Of a DNA stretch of 64,000 bases, positions 8,376-18,789 are shown piece after piece. The translations under genes were made by a program, and so were the position numbers. Source of the DNA: Candidatus Parabacteroides intestinipullorum (GTDB lineage Bacteria; Bacteroidota; Bacteroidia; Bacteroidales; Tannerellaceae); contig DXEL01000044.1 of the NCBI GenBank assembly GCA_019114965.1, positions 27,542 to 91,541 on the forward strand, read 5' to 3'. The notes beneath the pieces are model-generated. The model was not told where the DNA came from, searched no databases, and was given only the letters and a program-made list of their open reading frames with translations. The number at the start of each line of letters is the position of its first letter. Within the stretch, counting starts at the first letter, position 1.

Positions 8376-11300
8376 TTGGATGATTGGACTATGAATAAGA
8401 AACGTAACGCTATAGAATGGGCCATGCACTATCGGCAGATCGTGATCTTGGTCGTTTGTTGCTTGATTGCTTTCGGTATCTACAGCTTGCCGAATATGCG
8501 AAAGAATGAGTTTCCTGATTTTACGATCCGCCAGGGTTTGGTAGTCGCTGTCGCTCCGGGCAATACGGTCGAGGAGATGGTAGAGCAGGTGACGAAACCA
8601 TTGGAGGATTATATTTTCACTTATAAGGAGGTTAAGAAGAACAAGACCTTTTCCACCACACGGGATGGTATTGTCTATATTCAGGTCGAGTTGGTGGACG
8701 AGCTGAATAATAAGGATGAGTTCTGGAGTAAGTTCAAGCATGGGGTTTCCGTGTTCAAGTCGGAGCTGCCGAGTAATGTCTTGGCTGTTCAGGTGGTTGA
8801 TGATTTCGGTGATACTTCGGCCTTGCTGATCACGATGGAGAGCGAGGAGAAGACCTATCGGGAATTGGATGATTACATGGAAGAACTACGAAACCGTTTG
8901 AGAAGGGTCGAGAGTGTTGGCCGGATGAGTGTCAGTGGAATGCGAAAGGAACAGATTTCGGTTTACCTCGATAATGACCGGCTTGCCCGTTATGGCTTGA
9001 ACGATCAGATGCTGGCGGTTACGTTATTCTCCAAGGGATTCAGTACCACGGGAGGACAAGTGAAGGATGATGCTTACGTGCAGCCGGTTTATGTGGCGAA
9101 GTCCTTGAATACGGTTTATGATGTTGAGCGACAGATTGTCTATACCGATCCATCAGGTAATAATATTCGTCTTGGCGACGTGGCACGGGTCGTTCGTGAA
9201 TATCCGGAGGCGGACAGCTATATCGAGAATAACGGCAAGAAGTGTATCTTGCTGAGTGTAGAGATGAAGAAGGGACAGAACATCGTCAAGATGGGCGAGG
9301 AGGTCAATCAGGTACTCGAGGAGTTCAAGGGAAGCATCCCGCCGGAGGTGAATATCTACCGGATCACGGACCAGAGTAAGGTAGTTGATGATAGCGTCAT
9401 TAATTTCTTGAAGGAGTTGGTGATCGCCATTGTAGCCGTCATTATTGTGGTCGTGTTGTTATTGCCTTTGAGGGTTGCCTTGGTAGCGGCCTCAACCATC
9501 CCGATTACGATCTTTATCTCGTTGGGACTTTTCAACGCGTTTGGGCTTGAGTTGAATACTGTTACACTGGCGGCGTTGATCGTCACGCTGGGTATGATCG
9601 TAGACAACTCTATTGTCATCATTGATAATTATCTGGAGAAGATTGGCGAGGGACAATCCCGCTGGCATGCCTCGATCGAAAGTACGACTCATTTCTTGAA
9701 GTCCATTTTCTCGGCGACGTTGGCGATCAGTATTACCTTCTTCCCGTTCCTTTTCATGATGACTGGAATGGTGCATGATTTTGTCTTGAGCTTCCCTTGG
9801 TCTATTACGTTGATTCTGGGAGTCTCATTGCTGGTAGCTACCCTTTTGGTACCTTTCATGCAATTCTATTTTATCCGGAAGCCGATCCGGGAGAAGAATG
9901 CGGAAGAGAAAAAGAAGTTCTCGTTCCTTGACCTGTCGCAAACATTCTACAACAAGTTGTTGGATCATTGTTTCCGGCATCCTTTGATAACGGTTTCTGT
10001 TGGAATTTTATCGGTCGTTTTGGGGGCTTATTTAATGGGTGGATTACCTCAGAAGCTGATGCCAATCGCCGATCGTAACCAATTCGCTGTTGAGATTACG
10101 TTGCCGACAGGAACGGCGATCGACCGGACCGTAGCGATTTCTGATAGTATCGCTCATATTCTGAAGCGTGATCCGAGGGTCGTGTCGGTAACCTCGTTCA
10201 ATGGTTGCGCCTCGCCACGTTTCCATACGGCTTATGCGCCACAGATCGCGGGGACAAATTATGCCCAATTGGTAGTCAATACCGTGAGCAGTGAGGCGAC
10301 CGAGGAGTTACTCGACGAGTATACGCCCCGTTATACCGGTTATTTCCCGGACGCGTGGGTGCGTTTCAAGCAATTGAGCTATAGCCAATCCGTTTATCCG
10401 GTCGAGATCCGGTTCAGTGGCGAGGATGTCGGTCAGTTGAGGACTGTTTCGGATCAGATTGTCTCTATGCTGCGAGCAATGCCTGAGTTTGATATGGTCC
10501 GTACCAATTATAATGAGCCCTTGGCGGCGACACGGGTTGTTTTGAAAGAGGATGAGGCCTCTCGGCTGGGGGTTAATAACCTGGCGGTTGAGACGACTCT
10601 TGCCATGCGTTATGGTAGTGGATTACCTATCACGAGTTTGTGGGAAGGAGATTATAACTTGCCGGTGGTTTTGAGAGGTATGAGAGCCGATTCAGCCTCG
10701 AGCATCGACCTGGAGGATGAGCTGATTCCCGTGATGGCGGGTATTGACGCCGTGCCGCTCCGACAAGTCGCCCAAGTAGAGCCTTGCTGGAAAGAGGGTC
10801 AGATCGTTCGCCGGAATGGTGTTTATACGATCACTGTTCAGGCAGATCCTGGTAGGGATCAAAATGCGATGGCTTTGACAAAAACGGTCGTCGGAAAGAT
10901 TGACAAAATGGAAATTCCTGATGGCGTGTCGTTAGCATATGGTGGCGAAGTAGAGGAAGACGAGGAGAATATGCCGCTTATCATGAGTGCGTTGGTTGTC
11001 GCTGCGGTTATCATCTTCTTTATCTTGGTGGTTCATTTCCATAAGCTAAATATTGCGTTACTGATCTTTGTCAGTATCTCACTCTGTGTTTTGGGTGCGG
11101 CGACAGGTGTGTTGATTCATGGGCTTGACTTTGGCGTTACTTGCGTCTTAGGCCTAATCAGCTTGATGGGTATTATCGTGCGTAATGGAATCATCATGAT
11201 TGATTATGCGGAGGAACTGCGAAAGACTGAGAAACTTAGTGTACGTGATGCCATTTATCAGTCCGCCCGCCGGCGTATGCGCCCGATCTTCCTGACTTCG

Positions 11301-11495
11301 GCCGCCGCCTCAATGGGTGTCGTCCCGATGATCTTGGGTAAGAGTGGCTTGTGGATGCCGATGGGTACGGTCATCTGCTACGGAACACTTATTACAATGG
11401 TGCTCCTGTTGACGGTCCTGCCGGTCAGCTATTGGTTGATCTTCCGTGGATCGACGAGAAAAAGGGCACAGATGGCGGCTATTGAGAGAGAATAA
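8376..11495 (+). CDS. RND efflux permease (AcrB/CusA family)
   Basis: 1039 aa; GMIVDNSIV, GIIVRNGIIMID and RMRPIFLTS motifs. Confidence 0.95.
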   Translation: MDDWTMNKKRNAIEWAMHYRQIVILVVCCLIAFGIYSLPNMRKNEFPDFTIRQGLVVAVAPGNTVEEMVEQVTKPLEDYIFTYKEVKKNKTFSTTRDGIVYIQVELVDELNNKDEFWSKFKHGVSVFKSELPSNVLAVQVVDDFGDTSALLITMESEEKTYRELDDYMEELRNRLRRVESVGRMSVSGMRKEQISVYLDNDRLARYGLNDQMLAVTLFSKGFSTTGGQVKDDAYVQPVYVAKSLNTVYDVERQIVYTDPSGNNIRLGDVARVVREYPEADSYIENNGKKCILLSVEMKKGQNIVKMGEEVNQVLEEFKGSIPPEVNIYRITDQSKVVDDSVINFLKELVIAIVAVIIVVVLLLPLRVALVAASTIPITIFISLGLFNAFGLELNTVTLAALIVTLGMIVDNSIVIIDNYLEKIGEGQSRWHASIESTTHFLKSIFSATLAISITFFPFLFMMTGMVHDFVLSFPWSITLILGVSLLVATLLVPFMQFYFIRKPIREKNAEEKKKFSFLDLSQTFYNKLLDHCFRHPLITVSVGILSVVLGAYLMGGLPQKLMPIADRNQFAVEITLPTGTAIDRTVAISDSIAHILKRDPRVVSVTSFNGCASPRFHTAYAPQIAGTNYAQLVVNTVSSEATEELLDEYTPRYTGYFPDAWVRFKQLSYSQSVYPVEIRFSGEDVGQLRTVSDQIVSMLRAMPEFDMVRTNYNEPLAATRVVLKEDEASRLGVNNLAVETTLAMRYGSGLPITSLWEGDYNLPVVLRGMRADSASSIDLEDELIPVMAGIDAVPLRQVAQVEPCWKEGQIVRRNGVYTITVQADPGRDQNAMALTKTVVGKIDKMEIPDGVSLAYGGEVEEDEENMPLIMSALVVAAVIIFFILVVHFHKLNIALLIFVSISLCVLGAATGVLIHGLDFGVTCVLGLISLMGIIVRNGIIMIDYAEELRKTEKLSVRDAIYQSARRRMRPIFLTSAAASMGVVPMILGKSGLWMPMGTVICYGTLITMVLLLTVLPVSYWLIFRGSTRKRAQMAAIERE

Positions 11496-11531
11496 CGTAA
11501 GTAATAACAGGATAAATTAGGTAAGATAACA

Positions 11532-12818
11532 ATGATACGGATAAGAAACAGATTCTTCTTTATACTGTCTATAGGTGTTTTGTCGCTGGCGACAGCTTCT
11601 GCCCAGCGTACGTTTACGTTGGATGAGTGCCTCGAACAGGCACTCTCCAATAACGTGCGGATGAGGAACGCGGAGAATGAGATCCGCATGGCGGAACACG
11701 ATCGAAAAAACGCTTTCACTCGTTATTTCCCGAGCGTGAGCGCCTCGGGTGGTGGTTTTATCGCCAACAAGGGGTTGATGGAACTGAATATGGGACCGGA
11801 TATGTCGATGTCGATGATGAAGGACGGTGTCGTCGGTGGTGTCTCGGCGACATTGCCGCTCTTTGCCGGCGGGCAGATTGTCAATGGCAACAAGCTGGCG
11901 AAGGTGTCGGAGGAGGTGAGCCGCACACGCTATCGCCTTTCGGAGAATGAGGTCCGGCTGACGACCGAGAATTACTATTGGCAGGTGGTGACGCTCAAGG
12001 AGAAGCTTCGCACGCTTGAAGTCGTCGAGGCACGGCTTGATACGCTGACCCGCGATGTGGAAGCCGCTGTCCAGGCGGGAGTCACGACTCGCAATGATCT
12101 TCTGCAAGTTCAGCTCCGGCAGAATGAGATCAAGAGTAATCGGCTTAACGTGGAGAATGCTTTGGCCCTCTCACGCGAGCTTCTGGCACAATATATGGGT
12201 ATGGGGTTGGATAGTGTTGATGTCGCTTATGCGATGGAGGGGCGGCTGCCCGAGGAACCGGCGGGTCTTTTCCTGCCGCCGGAGAGCGCCTTACCCCGGA
12301 CTGGCGAGTATGACCTGTTGCGCCAGAATCTGGAGGCGACACGCCTGCAAAAGAAGATCGCCGTAGGCAAGAATCTTCCGACCGTAGCGATCGGGGGCGG
12401 TTATTATTACGACGACCTGCTTGATGTCGGCATGGATTTTTGGGTCGGATTCGCGACTGTTTCCGTTCCCCTCTCCGGTTGGTGGGGTGGATCGCACGAC
12501 ATTAAGAAACAGAAATTGCAGGTCAAGAACGCCGAGAACCAGCTGAACGACCAGAGCGAGATGCTCATGATCCGGATGCGCCAGTCGTGGAACGACCTGA
12601 ACGACGCTTACAAACAGGTGGGTATCGCCTTGACCTCTATCGACCAGGCAACGGAGAACCTGCGTATGCAGAGCGATTATTATGCTGCCGGAACCTGTAC
12701 GATGAGCGACCTGCTCGACGCGCAAACCCTGTTCCAGCAGAGCCGCGACAAGTATGTGGAGGCTTATGCCCAGTATGAGGTCAAGAAACGGGAATATTTA
12801 CAGGCGACGGGACGATGA
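11532..12818 (+). CDS. TolC family outer-membrane efflux protein
   Basis: Signal peptide; TLDECLEQALSNN; two OEP repeats; YAAGTCTMSDLLDAQ. Confidence 0.9.
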   Translation: MIRIRNRFFFILSIGVLSLATASAQRTFTLDECLEQALSNNVRMRNAENEIRMAEHDRKNAFTRYFPSVSASGGGFIANKGLMELNMGPDMSMSMMKDGVVGGVSATLPLFAGGQIVNGNKLAKVSEEVSRTRYRLSENEVRLTTENYYWQVVTLKEKLRTLEVVEARLDTLTRDVEAAVQAGVTTRNDLLQVQLRQNEIKSNRLNVENALALSRELLAQYMGMGLDSVDVAYAMEGRLPEEPAGLFLPPESALPRTGEYDLLRQNLEATRLQKKIAVGKNLPTVAIGGGYYYDDLLDVGMDFWVGFATVSVPLSGWWGGSHDIKKQKLQVKNAENQLNDQSEMLMIRMRQSWNDLNDAYKQVGIALTSIDQATENLRMQSDYYAAGTCTMSDLLDAQTLFQQSRDKYVEAYAQYEVKKREYLQATGR

Positions 12819-12823
12819 GTCGG

Positions 12824-12925
12824 CCGGTCAGTCCGGAAGCCTCGTTCCGGTCGGTCCGGAAGCCTCGTTCCGGTCAGTCCGGAAGCCCCGTTCCGGTCGG
12901 TCCGGAAGTCTCGTTCCGGCCGGTA
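12824..12925. repeat. Tandem 23-bp repeat, 4 copies plus a partial copy
   Basis: CCGGTC(A/G)GTCCGGAAG(C/T)C(T/C)CGTT at 12824, 12847, 12870, 12893; TTCCGG-N5-CCGGAA palindrome across unit junctions. Confidence 0.95.
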
Positions 12926-12942
12926 CGGGGTTGGAGGGGTGA

Positions 12943-13695
12943 TCAGACTCCGCCAGGCGTTCCGCCTCCTTCGTCTGTCCCGACAGTGAGCGTCACGGGG
13001 TAGACGTATGTGCGTGGCTCCTTGAGGGTATGGCTTTGCGAGAACTGCGTGGTCACGCTAAGCGTATATTCTCCCTCCTCGAGGGTGGGGAGCAGGACGG
13101 TAAGTTCCGACGGGTTGTTGTGGGTGATGGCACGCATGGCGATCGGTTCGCCGCCCGCGGTGGGAGTGAGGAAGACGCCGTTCGAGGGGTCGTCGCCAGC
13201 GATCTTGATGTTTACACCGCTGATCACCAGGTTACTGCCCGACGCGATAGCGCCGTCGGTCTCGCCCGTCAGGGCATCTCGGACGCTGTTGATCACGATG
13301 CCGCTTGATGCTGTTCGGGTTTCGACCCGGGCGGCGGCCAGCTGCTCGCGGAGCTCCTTGCCCATCGTGAAGGAGACGCTGAGATGGTGGATCTCAGGAT
13401 TGAAGGGGGCCTTCTCGCCCTCGAACGCGCCACTGACGGTAGGCAGGTATTGCCCGACGCCATCGACGACGGTCTTGCCCTCGCTCAGGCCGGTGGCCTT
13501 CTCCTGGTCGGCCAGTTTGAGGATGTTCTCGATGGTCTCTTGCCTGTATTCAGAGCGTTTCTTGACAATGCGGCTGGCGATGTCGGCGTTGCGCAGCGTG
13601 CCCGTGATGGCTACCTTGCCGGTGTAATCTCCTTTTCTCTCGGTCAATGGGTTGTCGTACAAGTCAACATACAGGATAGTTGTGTCTTCTGCCAT
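12943..13695 (-). CDS. HU-like DNA-binding protein with C-terminal DUF4469 Ig-like domain
   Basis: N-terminal 'LYDNPLTERKGDY', 'DGVGQYLPTVSGAF'; Ig-like 'LVISGVNIKIAG..NNPSEL.VLLPTLEEGEY.L.VTTQFS'. Confidence 0.8.
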   Translation of the reverse strand: MAEDTTILYVDLYDNPLTERKGDYTGKVAITGTLRNADIASRIVKKRSEYRQETIENILKLADQEKATGLSEGKTVVDGVGQYLPTVSGAFEGEKAPFNPEIHHLSVSFTMGKELREQLAAARVETRTASSGIVINSVRDALTGETDGAIASGSNLVISGVNIKIAGDDPSNGVFLTPTAGGEPIAMRAITHNNPSELTVLLPTLEEGEYTLSVTTQFSQSHTLKEPRTYVYPVTLTVGTDEGGGTPGGV

Positions 13696-13829
13696 GATTC
13701 TAATGATTTTAAAAGATTAATAATATGATTAATAAATACGTCCAAATGTAGGGATATGTTTTGATATGGAGCGATCGGGCGGTATGTTTTAGGGCAGGTT
13801 TCCCCGCCCTTTCCCAGCTGAGCCCCCGC

Positions 13830-14927
13830 TTAATAGTGATCGGTCGGCCATCCCTCGGGGCGTTCTTTCGAGGCATGGAGCCGCGTGCGGCAATCGACGC
13901 AGGGGAAGGTGCTGAAGGTCTTCTTGTCGTAGTCTACCCAGGCCTGCACATCCTTTCCCTGCTCGAAGATCGTGCAATACTCCGGCTTGGGCTCGTAGAG
14001 GTCGAAGTCGTAGGGGATGAAAAGCTCTGTCCAGGTGGTGGTGGCCACGTCGACATAGCCGATGATCAGCTCGTCCGGGTCGTTGTCGTTGAAGACGTTG
14101 CCGTTCTCGCCGCCCGACATGACCAGGCTGAACAGGTCGCCCGTACGCTCGATCGCCTCCTGCATGGCGCGGAAATAGTCGTAAGCCTCCTCATGGAGCT
14201 GCGTTTGCGAGACGCGCAAGTGGTAGAGGATGGAGATCCGCTCGTCGTCGCAAGGGATCTCGAAGAGCTTTTTCCGGTCGACCCGGTTTTCCGACAGCTT
14301 GTCCGTCGTCTCCAGCAGCATGACCTTCGAGGAGTCGCGCCCCCAGCAATAATAGGTATTGAGGGAGGTCAGCATGCTGAACTGGGTCAGTTTCCCGTCG
14401 ATATAGCCATGCTTGGCGAAAATAGGTGCCTTGATCTCCCAGGTCTCCCAGTAGTTCCAGCGGTAGTAGGGCGACCCCTTTTTTTCCCCTTGGGTGGAGA
14501 CGAGGATCTCCAATGGCTTGCCCAGCCCTTTCTTCCGATAGGTGACACTGTCGATCGCGGCGGTCTCGACGGGCGACAGGAAGGTGGAGTGGTATGGCTT
14601 GTCGCCGATCGTGAAGCGGAGGCGGTAACTCGCTTGCGGGTCGAGCTCGCCTGTCGCGACGCTATAAGAGCCATGGCCGAGATTGGTGGCCGGGATGATG
14701 AGCCCGTCGTCGCGCTCCACGCCCAGCCACGCGTCGGTGATCATGTGATCGCCCTTCAGGGTATCCGTGATACTGACGCTCCGGCTAAGGCGAAAGATCG
14801 AGGTGCCGTTGGTGATGGTTCCCTCGACCACCAGGATGTCGCGCGTCCCCTTTACCTCAGGGATGAAATCGGTAATACATCCGGTGAGGAGGAGGGCGAT
14901 GAGAAGGATTGGGAGGCTTTTTTTCAT
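13830..14927 (-). CDS. DUF4249 family lipoprotein
   Basis: Lipobox LLTGC; LVVEGTIT, YYRWNYWETWEI, AYDYFRAM, IIGYVDV and CVDCR motifs. Confidence 0.8.
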   Translation of the reverse strand: MKKSLPILLIALLLTGCITDFIPEVKGTRDILVVEGTITNGTSIFRLSRSVSITDTLKGDHMITDAWLGVERDDGLIIPATNLGHGSYSVATGELDPQASYRLRFTIGDKPYHSTFLSPVETAAIDSVTYRKKGLGKPLEILVSTQGEKKGSPYYRWNYWETWEIKAPIFAKHGYIDGKLTQFSMLTSLNTYYCWGRDSSKVMLLETTDKLSENRVDRKKLFEIPCDDERISILYHLRVSQTQLHEEAYDYFRAMQEAIERTGDLFSLVMSGGENGNVFNDNDPDELIIGYVDVATTTWTELFIPYDFDLYEPKPEYCTIFEQGKDVQAWVDYDKKTFSTFPCVDCRTRLHASKERPEGWPTDHY

Positions 14928-14970
14928 GATAGTAAGGATATAAGGTGTTAATAATAATGTATCCAGCTCT

Positions 14971-15714
14971 TTACTTCTGCCAGATCTGCCAAGCGGCGAA
15001 GGCTTGGAGGAGCAGCATCTCGAGTCCGTTCTTTACGGTGGCGCCCCGTTCCTTGCCCTTTTTCATGAAGAGCGTCTCATCGGGATTGTAGAGCAGGTCG
15101 TAGAGCACGTGGTCGGGCGTCAGCTCCTCGTACGGGATGTTCGGGCAGGCGTTGACGTTGGGGAACATGCCCAGCGGGGTGGTGTTGACGATCACGGTGT
15201 ATTGCGACATGATCTTCGGGGTGATCTCCTCGTAGGTGATGCAACCCTCCTTATGGCTTCGGGAGACGAAGGTGGAGCCGACCCCCAGTTGCTTCAGTCC
15301 CTGGTAGACCGCTTTCGAGGCACCGCCCGTACCGAGGATGAGCGCCTTTTGGTGGGTGGGTTTCAGCAGCGGCTCGATGGATTGCTTGAAGCCGATGATG
15401 TCGGAGTTGTAACCGATGAGCTTGGTCTTGCCAAACAGTCCCTTGGTGAACTTGATGACGTTGACCGCCCCGATCTGGCGGGCGTCGGCGTCGAGGTCGT
15501 CGAGGTAGGGAATCACCTGCTCCTTATAGGGGATCGTGACGTTCAACCCGCCCAGATCCGGGTTCTCTCTCAGGACGTTCTTGATCTCCTTGATGTTGGG
15601 GATCTCGAAATTGACGTATTCCGCGTCGATTTTCTCGGCCTCGAATTTCTGGTTGAAATAGGTTTTCGAGAAGGAGTGGCCGAGTGGATAGCCTAGCAGA
15701 CCATATTTTCGCAT
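14971..15714 (-). CDS. aroE: Shikimate dehydrogenase
   Basis: GYPLGHSFS, GLNVTIPYKE, IGAVN, GYNSD, ILGTGGA and NGLEMLLLQA motifs. Confidence 0.95.
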   Translation of the reverse strand: MRKYGLLGYPLGHSFSKTYFNQKFEAEKIDAEYVNFEIPNIKEIKNVLRENPDLGGLNVTIPYKEQVIPYLDDLDADARQIGAVNVIKFTKGLFGKTKLIGYNSDIIGFKQSIEPLLKPTHQKALILGTGGASKAVYQGLKQLGVGSTFVSRSHKEGCITYEEITPKIMSQYTVIVNTTPLGMFPNVNACPNIPYEELTPDHVLYDLLYNPDETLFMKKGKERGATVKNGLEMLLLQAFAAWQIWQK

Positions 15715-15725
15715 AACTGATAAAT

Positions 15726-16472
15726 TTAAGATTTTATTCCTGTATAAAGTGAGCAGATCCCGAAGGTCAGCGTGCGCGCCTGGGCTTCTCGGAAGCCGAC
15801 ACGGCCGAGCAGGTCGGTCATGACACGCCCTTGGGGAACCACCTTGATAGAGGTCGGCAGATAGTGGTAAGCGACCTTTTCCTTAGAGAATAACTGGCCG
15901 ACGAAGGGAATCACCGTGTTCGAGTAGAGGCGGTAGAGCTGCCGCATGGGGAAACGCTCGGGCGTGGAGAGCTCGAGGATCATGACATGCCCGCCGGGAC
16001 GTATCACCCGATACATCTCCGAGAGCCCCTGCTCGATGTCCTCGAAGTTGCGGACACCGAAGGCCGCCGTCACGGCGTCGAACGTATTGTCGGCGTAGGT
16101 CAGCGCCGTGCAGTCCTGTTGCTCGAACGAGATGATATCCGCCAGTCCCGCCTTGGCTACTTTCTCCTTGCCGATCGCCATCATGCCGGCCGAGAGATCG
16201 GCGCCGATGACCTGTTCGGGTTTGAGTTTTTGGGCCAGGGCGATGGCCAGGTCGCCCGTGCCGGTCGCGATGTCGAGAATCCGGCGAGGCGAGAAGGGGC
16301 GCAGGTAGGCAATACCTTTCCCGCGCCAATACTTGTCGATACCGAATGACAGGGTGTGGTTCAGTTGGTCGTAAGTGCCCGCTATCGAGTCGAACATCCG
16401 CTCGATTTGCGCGCCTTTGTGCTCCTGGTTGTTGTAGGGGAGGATCTTCTCTGAGCCAAACTGTTTTGCCAT
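15726..16472 (-). CDS. ubiE: Demethylmenaquinone methyltransferase UbiE/MenG
   Basis: MFDSIA..YDQLNH.LSFG.D..WR, LDIATGTGD and FGVRN motifs. Confidence 0.95.
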   Translation of the reverse strand: MAKQFGSEKILPYNNQEHKGAQIERMFDSIAGTYDQLNHTLSFGIDKYWRGKGIAYLRPFSPRRILDIATGTGDLAIALAQKLKPEQVIGADLSAGMMAIGKEKVAKAGLADIISFEQQDCTALTYADNTFDAVTAAFGVRNFEDIEQGLSEMYRVIRPGGHVMILELSTPERFPMRQLYRLYSNTVIPFVGQLFSKEKVAYHYLPTSIKVVPQGRVMTDLLGRVGFREAQARTLTFGICSLYTGIKS

Positions 16473-16487
16473 AGGTATTCCGCTCTT

Positions 16488-17435
16488 TTAGTGTTGAAGA
16501 TATTCCGTGACGTTCTTCTCGATACGGCTCAGGATGTTGTCCGTGTCGCCCTTAACGAAGGTCTCGCCCGTGATGTGCTCATACAGCTCGATGTAACGGT
16601 TGCTGATGCCCTCGACGATCTCCGGCGTCATCTCCGGTACCTGCTGTCCTGGCTTGCCCTGGAAGCCATTCTCCATCAACCACTCGCGAACGAACTCTTT
16701 CGAGAGCTGCTTCTGTGGCTCGCCCTTCTCGAAACGCTCCTCGTAACCCTCGGAATAGAAGTAACGTGATGAATCGGGAGTGTGGATCTCGTCCATCAGG
16801 TAGATCTGGCCGTTGTGCTTACCGAACTCATATTTCGTGTCGACCAGGATTAGGCCACGTGAAGCGGCGATCTCCGTACCACGTTTGAACAAGGCCAACG
16901 TGTATTTCTCCAGCAGGGCATACTCCTTGGGGGTTGCCAGGCCTTTCGCCAGGATCTCCTCTTTCGAGATGTCCGCGTCGTGCTCGCCGATCTCAGCCTT
17001 GGTTGTCGGGGTGATGATGGGCTCCGGGAAGCGTTGGTTCTCGCGCATGCCCTCCGGCAGCTTCACGCCACAGATCTCGCGGACACCGCTCTTGTAGGCA
17101 CGCCAAGCGCTACCGCACAGGTAACCGCGTACGATCATCTCGACGGGGAAGCCCTGACACATGACGCCAACCGTTACCATCGGGTCCGGAGTAGCCAGTT
17201 TCCAGTTCGGGCAGATATCGGTTGTCGCGTCGAGGAACTTGGCGGCGATCTGGTTCAACATCTGGCCTTTGTAAGGGATGCCTTCCGGCAGGATCACGTC
17301 GAACGCCGAGATACGGTCTGTAGCGACCATCACCAGCTTCTCGTTGTCGATGTTATACACGTCGCGTACCTTACCGTGGTACACGCTTGTTTGCTTCGGG
17401 AAATTGAAGTCTGTCTTAACTAATGCCTTATTCAT
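16488..17435 (-). CDS. purC: SAICAR synthase
   Basis: [34 protein letters not shown] and LSKEFVREW motifs. Confidence 0.97.
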   Translation of the reverse strand: MNKALVKTDFNFPKQTSVYHGKVRDVYNIDNEKLVMVATDRISAFDVILPEGIPYKGQMLNQIAAKFLDATTDICPNWKLATPDPMVTVGVMCQGFPVEMIVRGYLCGSAWRAYKSGVREICGVKLPEGMRENQRFPEPIITPTTKAEIGEHDADISKEEILAKGLATPKEYALLEKYTLALFKRGTEIAASRGLILVDTKYEFGKHNGQIYLMDEIHTPDSSRYFYSEGYEERFEKGEPQKQLSKEFVREWLMENGFQGKPGQQVPEMTPEIVEGISNRYIELYEHITGETFVKGDTDNILSRIEKNVTEYLQH

Positions 17436-18439
17436 GATTCTTTAATATTTATGGAATGTTCCGTATTCAATGTCTCACGCCGCTCCTTTTTCGCCTCGCG
17501 GTTTTGGGCGTCGAACTGGTCGTAGGCCTCGACAATACGCTGCACGAGCTTGTGGCGTACGATGTCCTTCTTGTCGAACTGCACGCGGCCGATACCTTTG
17601 ACATCTTTCAGTACCCGCATCGCCTGGATGAGGCCCGAGGTGGTGGAGGGCGGCAGGTCGATCTGTGTGACGTCGCCCGTGACGATCATCTTCGCGTTCA
17701 TGCCCAGGCGGGTCAGGAACATCTTGATCTGGTGCGTCGTCGTGTTCTGCGCCTCGTCGAGGATAATGATGGCGTCGTTGAGTGTCCGTCCGCGCATGAA
17801 GGCGAGCGGGGCGATCTGGATCACGTTGTTCTCCATATACTCCTTCAGCTTCGCCGCCGGGATCATATCCTGCAGGGCGTCATAAAGCGGCTGCAAGTAG
17901 GGATCGAGCTTGTCTTTCATCTCGCCGGGCAGGAAACCCAGCTTCTCGCCGGCCTCGACGGCGGGGCGGCTCAGGATGATCTTGCGCGCCTCCTTGTTCT
18001 TGAGCGCCCGTACGGCCAGGGCAATGGCGACGAAGGTCTTACCCGATCCGGCGGGGCCGGTGGCGAAGACCAGGTCGTTCTCGTCGAACGCCTTGACCAG
18101 TTTTTGCTGGTTCTCCGTGCGGGCGGTGATCGGCTTGCCGTTCATGCCGTGGATGATAAGGTTCTCCTGTCGGGCGACAACCGGCGCATTGCCTTTCACG
18201 ATGTCTAGGATCGTCTCCTCGCCCAGCGTGTTGAACTCCTCGCAATATTTCTCGATCTCGCGGATTTTCTTGAGGAAGAGCTCAGATTCCTCCTCCTCGC
18301 CGATCACCTTCATCACGTTGCCCCGCGCCACGATGCGCAGTTTGGGAAACAAAGTCTTGATCAATTGCATATTCGCGTTGTTCACCCCGTAGAAGATCAC
18401 CGGGTCTACGTTTTCCAGGATATATATTCTTTCTATCAT
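17432..18439 (-). CDS. phoH: PhoH family protein
   Basis: [35 protein letters not shown] and GDVTQIDL motifs. Confidence 0.95.
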   Translation of the reverse strand: MIERIYILENVDPVIFYGVNNANMQLIKTLFPKLRIVARGNVMKVIGEEEESELFLKKIREIEKYCEEFNTLGEETILDIVKGNAPVVARQENLIIHGMNGKPITARTENQQKLVKAFDENDLVFATGPAGSGKTFVAIALAVRALKNKEARKIILSRPAVEAGEKLGFLPGEMKDKLDPYLQPLYDALQDMIPAAKLKEYMENNVIQIAPLAFMRGRTLNDAIIILDEAQNTTTHQIKMFLTRLGMNAKMIVTGDVTQIDLPPSTTSGLIQAMRVLKDVKGIGRVQFDKKDIVRHKLVQRIVEAYDQFDAQNREAKKERRETLNTEHSINIKES

Positions 18440-18480
18440 CCGCTTTTTGTCGCTGTTTCTTTTTGTTTGTTATTGTTTCG

Positions 18481-18488
18481 CGAAAATA
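18481..18488 (-). promoter_or_regulatory. -7 element (TATTTTCG) for the phoH-purC-ubiE-aroE operon
   Basis: TAnnTTCG about 42 bp upstream of the phoH start. Confidence 0.55.
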
Positions 18489-18504
18489 GTAATATTTTTC
18501 GCAA

Positions 18505-18768
18505 GGCGTAGGGGTACGCGGACGAGAATATAGCCATATTCTGCCCGGCATAGGGGTAGGCGGATGAGAATATAGCCATATTCTGCCCGGCATAGGGGTA
18601 GGCGGACGAGAATATAGCCATATTCTGCCCGGCATAGGGGTAGGCGGATGAGAATATAGCCATATTCTGCCCGGCGTAGGGGTAGGCGGATGAGAATATA
18701 GCCATATTCTGCCCGGCGTAGGGGTAGGCGGATGAGAATATAGCCATATTCTGCCCGGCGTAGGGGTA
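18505..18768. repeat. Tandem 42-bp repeat, 6 copies plus a partial copy, each with a hairpin
   Basis: GGC(G/A)TAGGGGTAGGCGGA(T/C)GAGAATATAGCCATATTCTGCCC at 18505, 18547, 18589, 18631, 18673, 18715; AGAATAT-AGCC-ATATTCT palindrome. Confidence 0.97.
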
Positions 18769-18789
18769 GCGCCGGGTGATGAAAGGGCG

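Noticed and set aside
12815-13003. 62-aa ORF with PEASFRSVRKP repeats
   Set aside because: Translation of the 23-bp array; overlaps the HU-like gene on the opposite strand.
13761-14951. 396-aa plus-strand ORF, and similar long antisense ORFs (15004-15696, 17456-18208, 18901-19611, 20405-21058, 28894-29835)
   Set aside because: Shadow frames opposite clearly recognisable genes; expected with high GC3 or biased codon usage; no motifs.
18282-18747. ORFs encoding (MAIFSSAYPYAGQN)n and (MPGRIWLYSHPPTP)n
   Set aside because: They are open only because the 42-bp unit is a multiple of 3 without stops; they overlap the phoH promoter and start.
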